Of a stretch of DNA of 64,000 nucleotides, positions 10,101-22,800 are shown piece after piece (the stretch's first letter is position 1; the number at the start of each line of letters is the position of its first letter). Source of the DNA: Podarcis filfolensis (Eukaryota); assembly GCA_964270895.1 (NCBI GenBank), contig OZ185438.1. The stretch is one strand, 5' to 3'. The notes under the pieces were generated by a model. It had not been told where the DNA came from. It saw nothing but the letters and a program-made list of their open reading frames with translations, and made no database searches. The translations under genes and the position numbers were made by a program.

Positions 10101-13100
10101 AATATTATGCCTAAAGGGGACAGTGAATTGTTCCCTTTTTGAACCCAAGTTTTTTGTGTGCCCAAATATATTTGACTTGCCTCTTCCAGAAAGTCCATTG
10201 AGATCACTTTCAGGATCAGCAAGCTTTAGTAATAGAAATAGGTCAGATTTTGTTTTTCCTTTCTACTTGGCAGTCTTCAAAAAATTCTATTTTTGTGTTG
10301 CATCGATGCCATGGATTGAAAATGGCACCACAGAAAATTAGTGATATTACTAAAGTAAATTGTGCATGTCGAATTTGGAACTTGTGGAGTCTGGAGTCTT
10401 TATTCTGAGGACCCACTACATGCCTCCTAGACTTAACCAGTGTGCAGAAATGAACTAAAAGTGCTCCTTCAGGCCACAGTTTAGAAGCCATTATTTGTAT
10501 GCTTCAGGATGGAAGGTTTTTCCCCTCCTCAGATTTAGTCATATACTTCCTTCCCACACTTTACAATTATTGAGCAAATCAAAACAAAGGCACTTGTATT
10601 TCTTTTCTTCCATTAAATGGAGCGCCTTAAGATACACCAGAGTGAGAATAATAGGACTCTCAACTGTTATTAACAGTAGTCCATTATGGCATGGTTGCAG
10701 AGCTCCAGTCAGATAAATGGCCATTTCAGAGTCTAATCCTATTTCTAACCTAGCTTCAGTTCGAAGGAACAATATTATAGACTGCTACTTTCACTCTTTG
10801 TTCAATAAATTCTAGGATAACTGACAGGGTTCCTGAATCTGTATTTGGTTTTTTGCACCACGTCAAACTTTTCAGCTAAACATTCGGACTTCTCAGAAAT
10901 ATAAGCAATAGAGATAGCTCAAACACATGCTGAGACAGGAAAGGAAAAGTATTCACAAAGCAACAATTAAGGTGTTTGTGCTTACATGCTTGTTCTGTAT
11001 ATGTATCTTTGCTAGTGTAAGTATATAGCTGGACTGGGGACGCAGCTTACCGTATTTTACCGTCTATAAGACGCCCCCATGTATAAGACGACCCCTATTT
11101 TTTGAGCCCAAAATTAAGAAATAAATATTTTAAACATTCCGTGTATAAGACGACCCCCAATTTTAAACTTTAAAAAATTGGGAAAAAACATAGTTTTACA
11201 CATGGAAAAATATGGTATTTTTTTTTAGTCTTGCGTGTTTTCATTTTCAAATCTTAACGTTTCAGTTGATTGATACAAAATATAGTTTCATTTCTGATTG
11301 GATAGTTGTTAATGGTTATACAGTGGTACCTCGGGTTAAGTACTTAATTCATTCCAGAGGTCCGTTCTTAACCTAAAACTGTTCTTAACCTGAAGCACCA
11401 CTTTAGCTAATGGGGCCTCCTGCTGCTGCTGCTGTGCCGCCGGAGCAAGATTTCTGTTCTCATCCTGAAGCAAAGTTCTGAACCTGAGGTACTATTTCTG
11501 GGTTAGCAGAGTCTGTAACCTGAAGCATATGTAACCTGAAGCGTATGTAACCCGAGGTACCACTGTAGTTTGTGGCTCTGGTTGTAGCATTGTTGTGAAA
11601 CTTCGTAGTATTGTTCTCCTCAACAAAAACTTAGAAGCTTTCCCTAGACCAAGTCAGTTTTTATAACTGGACTTAAGTATACATTCTTTCCTCCTTGCCC
11701 CACCTTAACTGTTAGGGGAAACTGCTACTGACTGGTGACTCTTTACCTATATGCGTGGAAGCCAGCAAATACTTGTTGCAAATTACAGTGATCTTTGGTT
11801 ATGTGGAGCTGTTGAAAATAATCCCCATGACCTTCTTGTCGTGTTTTGTAATTTTCCATGCAAGATGGGGCTATTTCAGTATTGAAACATCTTCCAAAAT
11901 TTTGCAATACCAGCTCAACAGAGCCATAAGTAATGTTTAGCAAAGGTTGTGTAAAGAGCTCTCTGATGACACATTTCCAACATTTCATCTTTTAGCTTTT
12001 TTTAGTGCATTTCTTATTGAGTACACTGTTGGGAGGAAATAGGCCAGGAATGGGGAATTTGTGACCCTCCAGATGTTGTTGGTCTCCCATCAGCTTCAGT
12101 CAGCATAGCCAATGGTCAGGAATGATGTGAGTTATAGTCCAACAACATCTTGAGACCTACTATAGAGGGTTCCTTGTATACTTCTGTCTGTGTTGTGCTT
12201 TTGGGTTCATATTAGCATCCATACAACTCAGAAGGCATGGTTTGTTGCCTAAACCAATGAGATAAGTTTTTATTGAGAGCCTTCTGTTGGTGCTTGAAGT
12301 AGCACAACTAGCTAGTAGTCTTATAGATATTAGTTCAGCTGAAGTAAGACTTTTTCTTTAATATTTTTACACACACATGCACAGTATTTGCTGTGTAATT
12401 GAGAAAACATCTTAGTGTGGACTCTTGCTGTCTATATGTGTACTTTGTTTATCTAGCTCGGTGTCCCTATAATTGGTGCTTATGGACTTTGCACAGGCTT
12501 CTTTTTTCTGGAAGCCATATGAACTCTGAAACAGACATTGAATTGCAATTTATTGTTGTTTACTCCTTTTAGCAGTTTCGTAACAGAAAGTATTGGCTTG
12601 GGTGTCCCTGAATAAGTGGTGGCAACAGTAATTCTATATCCCTTTTGTACCCATTATCTGTAGTTCTTGGTTGTGTTATGAGAAATAATTTCACAAGGGA
12701 ATGTTCTTAAGAGAATCTCTAATCTGCAACCTGAGTGGCTTGCCAATTATCTCTTGATCAAAATCTAAAGCAGCTTTAGACTAATCACAAATTGTTCTAA
12801 TGCTGTAAGTATCTTGACTTTTCCTACCCTGCTGCATGACAGTTAACCAACACATCAACAAAGCCGAAATAAAGACAGGGAGATCTTCCATGATGTGTAC
12901 TTAGTTATCTGCTAACACACAGAGAGAAGAACAGAATAAATGCTGAACTGTGGTCAGTATCCCTGCACTTGATGGACTGCTGGGAGTGGGGTAGCTGGTG
13001 AAGGAAAATTAATACCCAGTACCCCCACATGCCCTCCCTTCATGTGCTTGGCCATTGTGGATGAATCCCAATGCCATACTTATTTTCCTGTTCCGCAAGT

Positions 13101-13498
13101 GTATTTGCTCCCGAAGGCTTTTGGAAGGTTGGTAGCATGAAGAAAATGTCTTCAGTATATCCAGTATATCTGAAGGAGCGTCTCCACCCCAATCGTTTTA
13201 CCCGGACACTGAGGTCCAGCACCGAGGGCCCTCTGGCGGTTCCCTCACTGCGAGAAGCCAAGTTACAGGGAACCAGGCAGAGGGCCTTCTCGGTAGTGGC
13301 GCCCTCCCTGTGGAACGCCCTCCCACCAGATGTCAAAGAGAACAACAACTACCAGACTTTTAGAAGACATCTGAAGGCAGCCCTGTTTAGGGAAGCTTTT
13401 AATGTTTGATGTATTGCAGTGTTTTAATTTTAAATTTTTTTTTGGAAGCCGCCCAGAGTGGCTGGGGAAGCCCAGCCAGATGGGCGGGGTATAAATAA

Positions 13499-13543
<45 letters not shown>

Positions 13544-16500
13544 GCTTAATGTCCCATCTGCATTTCCATTTAATAAGCCCATGAGATTTCTGTCAGAAAG
13601 TTTGAAGGAGACGTCTCATTTGTTCAGCTCAGCTTTCACTGCCTTCTTAAAGGTGCAATCCAAACTCCACTTACATGGAAGTGCCCCACTGAATTCAATA
13701 GGTCTTGGTTGTAAGTAGAGAAGGTTAGGATTGCAGTGTTAAAAACCCCTCTTCTGCAAGCTTGTTTGCTCACAAAGGCCTTTGGAAAGTTCGGAGGAGG
13801 TTGCGGTCTGTGCATCTCCTCCAGTCCCACCCAGATACTTTTTGCAAGTTTGTTTGCCTACTGCGGGCAGAAAGTTGTGGTCATCTTTGCTTTCTGCTTA
13901 TCGGGTTTTACAAAATGTTTTTGTTACGTTTTGCTGAGGGTTGTAATACTTCACATGCTCAGGGCATTTTTTTGTATTTCACAAAACTGTATGCCATAAA
14001 TAAATTTGTTAGAAGATAGCATGAGTCTTATTTTGTAATATCCGGTGTTCCTTTCTAGGAGAAGAGGCCCCTGTTTTGGAAATTGTGAGCATCAAGCTCA
14101 CAACCACTTTAACCCAGCCTTGATTATTGCATAAACTTAATGTATTACAAAGAATGATGCATCCAATTAAGTGGGCTCTAGCCCACGAAAGCTTATGCCA
14201 TAATACAATTTCTAGCCTTTAAAATGGCAGTGCTGTTTTGTTTGCTGTTCTGCTAAAATTGTACTGTGACCTACTTTACAGGGTTGATGTGAGGATAAAA
14301 GAATATAAAACACTTTGGCAAATTTAAAATGCTATTACAGAAAGCTGCAGGGGATGGTTCAGATGAGAATGCAGTGTGCAGAGCCTACGTGTAATATGGG
14401 AGCATGGGTTACAACCTGCCTGCATACTCCATCCCAGGCAAGCCTGTTCTAGCAGGCAGCCACACTGGATTTGGTGAGGAACTACATATAAAGTCCAAAG
14501 TTTTTAGGTCTGAATATTCTGTTTGTTTTCCAGATTCTTTATTGTTTTAGTTTAGGTTTTTTCATGATTTCAAATCTTCCCCTCCTCCCATTCAAAATCA
14601 GGGACAGCAGGCTGGATATAGGTATGTGTATTCCAAGACGTTCAAGGTGGCGTTCATAAGTCCCCGATGTGAGGTAGGTTAGGCTGAGAGATGGTAACTG
14701 GCCCAAGGTCACATGGTGAGCTTCACGGCTGAATGGTGATTTTTAACCCTGTTCCCCTAGGTCCTAATCCACTTAATTTCCCTGCATTTTATTCCACTTT
14801 CTTGAAAAAAAGATGTAGAAATGAAAAAGCAGAGGTAGAGATGAGGCCAAGAAAGAATGAACTGGAAAATTTAGGGGGGAAATGCTTTTCCCCTGTTTCC
14901 CCCTGTTGGATTGTATTGTATTGTGTTGTTTGTTTGTTTATAAAACACTTTCTTTTAGAATGATGAACAAATGTTTGAGACAAGCTGTTCATATAATTAA
15001 TCCCCCAAAATAATTTCTGAAGCTGCATAGCAGAAAGACTTTTATGCAAGACTAGGTACAGTTTCAGATCGTTACAATTCCTGTATATGGAGGCAAGTCC
15101 TGAGTTGTACATTGAGAGTACAATACTCAAGTGAAAGAGCAAGATGCATTTCTGCCTCTTGGAGGGCACTGCTGTTGCCTCAAGAGAAGGAAGGAGGATT
15201 GAATGCCTTCTTTGCTTGTGGCCTTTAATTTGTTGGCATGGTTGTTGGATCTGTTTCTGACCTCTTGACCAGTCCTCAAAGGACTGGGAGTGGGAGAAAG
15301 TACAGAGCAGTGCAATTTTGTTACCTCCAATTCACACTGCTGCAAATCTGTTGGATCCAAGATTCAAAGGTGGAAATGTAAGCACAGCTTCTGCATTGGA
15401 CAGGATTACAAAACAAGCAGTATGCTTAGGGCTTGCTTGCTTGTTGGAAAGGTGCTTTTAAATGTTGCAACATACAGAACATATTCAGTTGTTTGGCCAC
15501 GGAATGCAGTCTGGGATTCTGCCAAGCGTACCCTACTGCAAGATTGTGTCAAGGCCTTTGCACAGCACAACCTCTGACACCAACTGCTTCTTAGCCACGT
15601 CAGATACTTTCATCTCAAGTAGGATGTTTGTGTGTGCCCGGGGGGGTGGGGGGACCTGGTCTCTGTTTGGAAATACAGTGTACCTCAGTTGTCAAACGTT
15701 TCCGAAGCCAAATGTTTCAAAAACCCGGAAGTGAATGCTTCCGCTTTCGAACGTGCCTCGGAAGTGAAATGGCTTCCAAGGCATGTTTTTCCACTTTCTG
15801 AATGGAATTTGTCAACCACCCATTGCGCCTTAGTTGTCGAACATTTCAGAAGTTTAAAGGTCTTCTGGAATGGATTATGTTCGACAACCGAAATACCACT
15901 GTACACCAAATCAAGAAATAAACTGAGATGTGGAAGAGTAGAAGTTTGTTTCAGTTTGGATAAACCTTCAGTTTTTAGAAGTCTGGAAATGTTTCATCTC
16001 TGAGCTGCAGGGGGCAGAGGAATAATATCTCTCCATAAGGTCTGGAAATATATGGGGTTCATGTTTAAGAGTCCAGTGTGGCACCTTTAAGACTAACAAA
16101 TTCAGGCTGCTGTCATTTACATACTTATCGCTTCTTATTACTTCTATGTTATGTACACTAATCATGGCATGGATGCACACTAGAAATTGTGACAGCAAGG
16201 GCCCCTTCTGAACCAAGGTAAGACACTTAGGGGCTATGTATTAATAATACTACAGTGTTTAAGTGTCCACTGTTTCTTTGCAAAGGAGGAGGATAGGGAG
16301 AGAACCAGGACAGGTGGAAGCCACACAAACGTTTATTCCATCAGGCTCCTCTGGCAGCAGAGATTCTTTTGGTACCAAAGTGAGACGTTTCCAGCTGGGA
16401 CTAAATGTGTCAACAGTATGTTTGCAAGGGAGCATGATAGGGAGAAAACTAGGACAACTTGGCCATGACCTGTGGCCTCTTAGCACTACCAGGCCAAGTG

Positions 16501-19500
16501 GGCACCAGCTGCCATTGGCTCTTCTAAACAGATTTATTTATTTATTTAGTTTTGCAATTTATTATTTTAATAGCAACTTGAGAATTTGTCCGGTTATTAT
16601 CATTTGAATTGCTGTTCTGCCTTAATGGAAATTCTAAACATAGATTCTAAAAAGTAAACAATTTTCTTCAGTGTCCCCATAGTAAAAAGAAACAACAACT
16701 TTTAAATTGATATGCTAGTAGCTTATGTGCATATGATCATTTTATTACAGTTTTTGGTGTCTTGTATGAAAGTATGCATTGTATTACCAAAAGTTCACAT
16801 TTAATATATATGAAGTCTTACGTGTTGTAAACTTGACTTCCATCAGCCTAGTAGATTTTAGATCTTGCTATACTTCTTCTCAATATCCATACATGCCGCT
16901 GCAAGGAGAAATTTTTAAAAGTACTCGATGAGGAATTGGCGGAGTAGACACATCCATTATTGCAACCAAAGGAAGCTGAGGAGAAGATTCTAACTCGATT
17001 TTATTTATTAAACAAAGTTCTTTAAAAATTGAGGTCTCAAAGGATCGAACAGCTTTGCAAAACCACCACATATGTATGAAGGAGCCAGTCTCCCCATATC
17101 TCCTTCAACAGGGAGGTGGTACACCTGGTATCATATAGGTTATTTGCAAAGGAGAAAGATACCACCTAGGTAGGAGCTTCAATTATATTTCTCTCAGTTG
17201 AGCTAAGACTGGTCTCAGAGGTTTCCCCTGCCCTCCAAAGCTGGTTTGATTTTTCATTAGGCATTTCTATTTGAAGATCTGCTTCACATGGGATTTTTGT
17301 AGCCGTAAGATGGCCAAATGTCATCTCAATTAACATTTTACATATAGATACAACACTTTTTGATGCAGCGAAAAGATTGACCACAAGTTGTTCTAAAGCA
17401 GACAACTTTCAGGCTATTCTGTTTTAACAAGGAAAAAAATTTGATTAAAATTAAACCATGACCATGTTACACTAGGGACTTTAGACAGAATCTGTTCTTT
17501 ACATAAAAGGACAACTGTTACTATAAACACCTCTGAGCCTATACAAACTGGCTTGTTCCCAGCCTTTGCAGTCTAGCATACCTCCTGTCTTGCAGAACAT
17601 CTGGTGGTACCTGAGTGGGATCAGCGGAAAAATTAGGGGAGCAGTTTTTCTGCACACCATTTACTAATCAAGAATGGATTTTCTACTCTGTGGATTAATT
17701 TTGGTGTGATAGTGAGAAGGGGGCTATGCCCTGAACTCCTGATCCCCCATATCCATGGCTTCCAGAGTCTAGTATTAAAATTTAAAATTGGATGCTTATT
17801 TAATCCAAATGTTGGATAATCTATGGAGAGACTCAGCACTATGCATCAGATGTAACTATGGAAAGCCCACAAGATTTCTCCTGTTTGACTTCATTAGCAT
17901 CCCTTTAAGTAGAAGTAAATTCTGGGTTACGTAATCAAATACAGAATAATTTCATGTAATCGAATACAGAAGAATTGTTCTTTGACTAAAAAAGTTGTAG
18001 ATGTTTTCAGGAAGTCTGGTCATGACTCATTTCTATCCATAAACCAGCTCTTCTAGAAAAGTTCATATGCTGGAAATCTATTCATTTGGAAACCATTAAC
18101 TAATTATAGATTAATAAAGAAGATAATTCATTTCAATGTGAACTGCTTTTCCTAGTTGTTACACAGAATTTATAACATTTCTTGGCTCCTTTGGAGAATG
18201 ATGCAGGTTAATCTAATAAAATAAAATTTATATTGTGATTTTTTTCCTACAGAAACAAACTTCAAACTACTATCTTATTTTGAGGGACAGGGATTAAACA
18301 CACATATTTCCTCTGTCTTCATTTAGGAGCAGGCTTAAGACCTTCTCAATATGGTCACAATCACATTTAGAAACCAGGTTAACAGGACTGATTGTCACCC
18401 ATAATTTACCAATGGAAGAACATACTGTAAGCCACTTTACTTTGCAAATTCTTGATAGTTCCAGGAACACATAAGGAAACACTGCAACTATTTTTCTTGA
18501 CAATATCGGCTGCAGTCTGACAGCTTAGCGGTTTCTGTTTTAGACAAAATGAGGAACGAAAGGAGGGTTTTAAAGTCTTTAATGAAGAAACGAGAATGCT
18601 ATGAAAAGAAGACATTAGTTTGACTTCTTTCCACTTTAGTATGCTATGGTGAGGATAACTGGCATGTGTAATAATGAAATATCAATTATTCAGTTGGGAG
18701 CTGTGTTGCCAACTGGTTGTCACCTTTTCCTAATCACCACAGTATTAAGTCTGTCTCAGGATTTGATGCATTTTCTTTACGAGCTTACACTGCTGAGAGC
18801 TGTCTGCTTGCAAATATGTGCTTTTGGAGAAGCTGTCTTGTGTTGCAATCTTCCTTGGCCGATGTCCAACTTGGACAGGCCTCTTCTGGAAGATTGTCTT
18901 GAGCATCCCTCCAGGTCATTCTTTGTGGCCAAATCAGCTCTCTTTAAGTGAATGTTTTTAAAGAGCCTTTTAATTCTTCAGATTAACTTGTTCCTTAGCT
19001 ACTCAGAGTAAATTGCATTTCCAAATGCAATTTAGTCTGAGATCCTACAACTTCTCGGAGCCTGCAGAGCTCTAGTCTGCATAGTAGTGATGGATGATAA
19101 ATTAAGCACAGCTGCATTTTCATCATCTTTGTGCTAGTTGGTGGACCGCAATCCCAAGGCTTTCTGTTTTAGAAAGCTGCTGTAACGGCAAACCATGTGG
19201 ATAGGCTAATATGGTACAGTATCTCTTTTCACCCATAGCCTTTTAGTCTGGATCTCTAGGCAATTAAATAGCAGTTATGAATTCTCCTTGTATAATATTC
19301 TTGGGTAACAAAACTTGGAGAAGGACAAATGTGATACAGTGCAACTTCATTTTTCAAACGTAACCTGTTCCGGAAGGCTGTTCGAGTCCCGAAATGTTTG
19401 AAAATCTAGGATCAATGGGCCGTCGGCAAAATCCATTGAAAAAATTGAAAAATGCGCCTCAAAAGCTGTTTGGTTTCCGAGGCGTGTTCGAAAACGGAAG

Positions 19501-19770
19501 CAATTGCTTCTGGGTTTTTGGCATTCGGGTTCCGAATTGTTTGGCTTCTGAGATGCTGGAAAACCGAGGTTCCACTGTAACAGAATACAAGCAGTACTGG
19601 TTGTGCTCAACCAGTAAACTCAGTGGAGACGTGTAGATGCATGAGTCTGTTTCTCAGCTTACTTGTGGCTATTTTGAGAAGGATATACACAGAAGAAGAC
19701 TGTTGGATTCCCAGGGCCTATTCAAAGGCATACCTAGGGTCCTTTGTGCTCTTGGTAAGGAGCTATATTG

Positions 19771-19807
<37 letters not shown>

Positions 19808-22800
19808 CACACACACACACACACACAAAAAAATAAAATCTGAGAAGCTGGTGAACTTGTCTGGACTGAGTTGCGGTGAGCAGAACTGTAAGTGAAAGAT
19901 TTAAGCGCAGGTGCCCCATAGGTTTCTAAATGGCATTGTTATTTGGGCAATTTTATTTCCAGACCATTTCTTATCTGTCGTTAACATGGAATTTTTCAGA
20001 GTTGCAAAATGGGTTGATGGTTTCATCAAGCTATCCACCATGAACCTAAGGTCCTTCCTAGCCAATTCAGACCCCATTAGTGTACATGTGACATTTTGGG
20101 GGGGGGAGGGGGGAGGATGAGTTGCCCCTATGTTCATCACTTTACATTTGCTTACAGCGAATCACATTTGGCATTTTAGTGCCCATTCACCAAGCTTTGA
20201 GTGACCCTTTTAGACCTCAGAATCCCTTTTTGTTTTAACCACTTTGAACGTTGGCAACTTTTGCCACTTCACTGCTTACCCCAAAATTCAGGTCATTCAC
20301 AAATAAGTATAAAATAGCTGTCCCAATACTGATCCTTGGAGAGATCCCACTTCATTCATTCCTGAATTGTGATCATTTATTCTGATTCTCTGATTCTTGT
20401 TCTTTAACCTCCTTCTGATCCCTAAGAGAACTTTTCTGTTTATCTTATGATTGCTAAATTCACTCAGGAGTCCTTCAAAATCTGACACAACATGTACTAC
20501 ATTGCTCCTGTCCATATGCTTGCCATATGCTTGAGTGGTCCATATGAGGACCACTCAAGAGCTATGTAATACACAGAAAATACCCTTACAGAAGCCATGC
20601 TTATTATTCAAGAAGTCTCGTTCTTATATACTTTTTGTAATTTTATATTTAATAATGCTTTCTAGCAATTTTATTGGAACAATCATTAGTGTGCAGTAAC
20701 TGCCTGTAATTTCTCAGATCTCCTCTGGATCCATTAAAAAAAAAGGCCTTCAATTGTCCACTTTCCATTCCTTAGGTATAGAGATGGATCTTAGGGATAG
20801 CATACATAATTTTTATAGGCCAGCAATTTCACATTTGAGTTGTTTTTGAGGCTTTGAATATTGTCTGTCATCTTCTGTCTCTGCACTTCAGGCACAATCC
20901 CAGGAGAGCTTTTTTCAGCTTTTGCCTTAAAACACACAGTGAGGGTGCTAGGAATGCATTCCTAGGAAGAGCATTCCAGAAATGGAGCCACCACTGAGAA
21001 GGCTTGTTCTCATGTTGCCACCCTCCACATCTTCTTTGGGTGGGGGAAAATAGAGAAAGGCTTCAGATGTTGAATGTGAGGTGTGGGTTGGCTTGTGTGG
21101 GAAGAGGTGGCCTTTAAGGTATTGGAGTCCTGAGCCACACAAGGCTTTATAGGTGAAAGCCTATAATATCATGGCACATTTCTATAAATGCAGGCTTCTA
21201 TAAATCTTGATTACTTGCATCATGGAAATGTGAGTGGGTTTTCTTAAGCACATTTAAGCATTTAACTCTGAGTATCATAGCGCAGCAGCTGTGAGGTGGG
21301 AGACATTGCTTGCACAATGGTGTAATGCTGAGTGTCCTCCCTAAGTGGTATTCTGCTCTATTCTACCGCATGCTGGACATGAAGGCAGTGCAGTGAATGT
21401 GGAAGTGCCAAGGCATTTTCCCATTGCAAGAATGTTCTATTTCCTGTTTTGGTAGTTCTATGTTCCATCAATCCCTGCTGATTTGTTTGCTTGCTAGCTA
21501 CACCTGGTGTGGGTTGAGCTTGGGAAAGTTCCCAGTTTTCATTCTTGTTCCTAACAAACAGCTGATGGCCACAAGTTGTAAGTCTTGAGGTACTTTTTTA
21601 AAATTCACAGGGAGCTCTGACAAACTGTGTAGCACACACAAGCCTTCCCAAGGATTCCCTTTCTCTTCTGTCCATTCACTAAACACATTGGCCTGTTTAA
21701 TTTTTTATGCGTTTTTGGTTTAAAACAGAATTGGACTGTCAGGAATCTGGAATCTTTAGCACAGCCTATGAAGGACAGCATTGATAGTGCAGCATATGAA
21801 ATAACCTTGTCTCTGGCCATGAAACAGCTGCTGTCAATGTGCTCCTGCCAGGATTAATACAAAACCATCCCACTTTTGTGAGCTGTAGAAACTCTTAAGG
21901 ACATGTTAGACTTTTCAGTGAAGGCAGAAAGAAAGCATTTGAGAACAATGTTGGCAGCAAATTAAATATATGCTTCAGGACAGGTATGTAAAGCGGGGGC
22001 AGGCAGGCAGGCTGCACTGTGGCCTTCCAGATGTGTCTGGATTATAGTTTCCATCTGCCTCAGCCAGCATCACCAGTGGTCAGGTAGGGTGGGAGCTATA
22101 GTCTAGCAACTTTTGGAGAGTCACAGCTTAGCCATAAGGACTACTTACTTTTGGAGAACAACTTGTTGTTGTGACTGTCTGCAGCTTACATATGAGTTTA
22201 GTTCATGTTTGCTTATTGTAATTACATGGTGCATCATGTGTATTCTGGTAGTGAACCTGCCAAGATTTCGGTAGATGTGGTATTGAGTTGACCAGATTTG
22301 TGTGAACTGGCTTTAGGGCTTGGATGGTGTTTTGCCAAAGGCAAAAGGCTTCCTTTTAAAGGATCCTTGAAGCAAAGACAGAGCACTAGTGGAGAAAGGC
22401 TGAATTTTATTGAGCAAAATAGGACTTTACAAAGGTACAAAACCTTACCCAAGTTCAAATAACAGTTCCCACTCTGCCAAAGGATGGATAGGTAAACAAT
22501 ACACAAGAACTTTCTACGCATTTTTATGTCATTGGAGGACGTTTTAACTTTTACCAGTCTTTTACTAGAATGGTTACTTAGATGAGCTGTTGTTAGTTGC
22601 CCTTGTCCAACACTCAACAATTGGGTAAATATTCAGTGATCAAGTTCATAGGGTATGCATTGCATTCAGGATGAAGTTTATACAGTGACTGATCTCACAC
22701 AAAAGCAGAAATAACGCTGGATGTTTCCAGAGCAAATGGACTAAGTGCGACTCAACGAATATTTGATTGGGCATTTATTCTGGGCTGTAAGATTTCTAAT

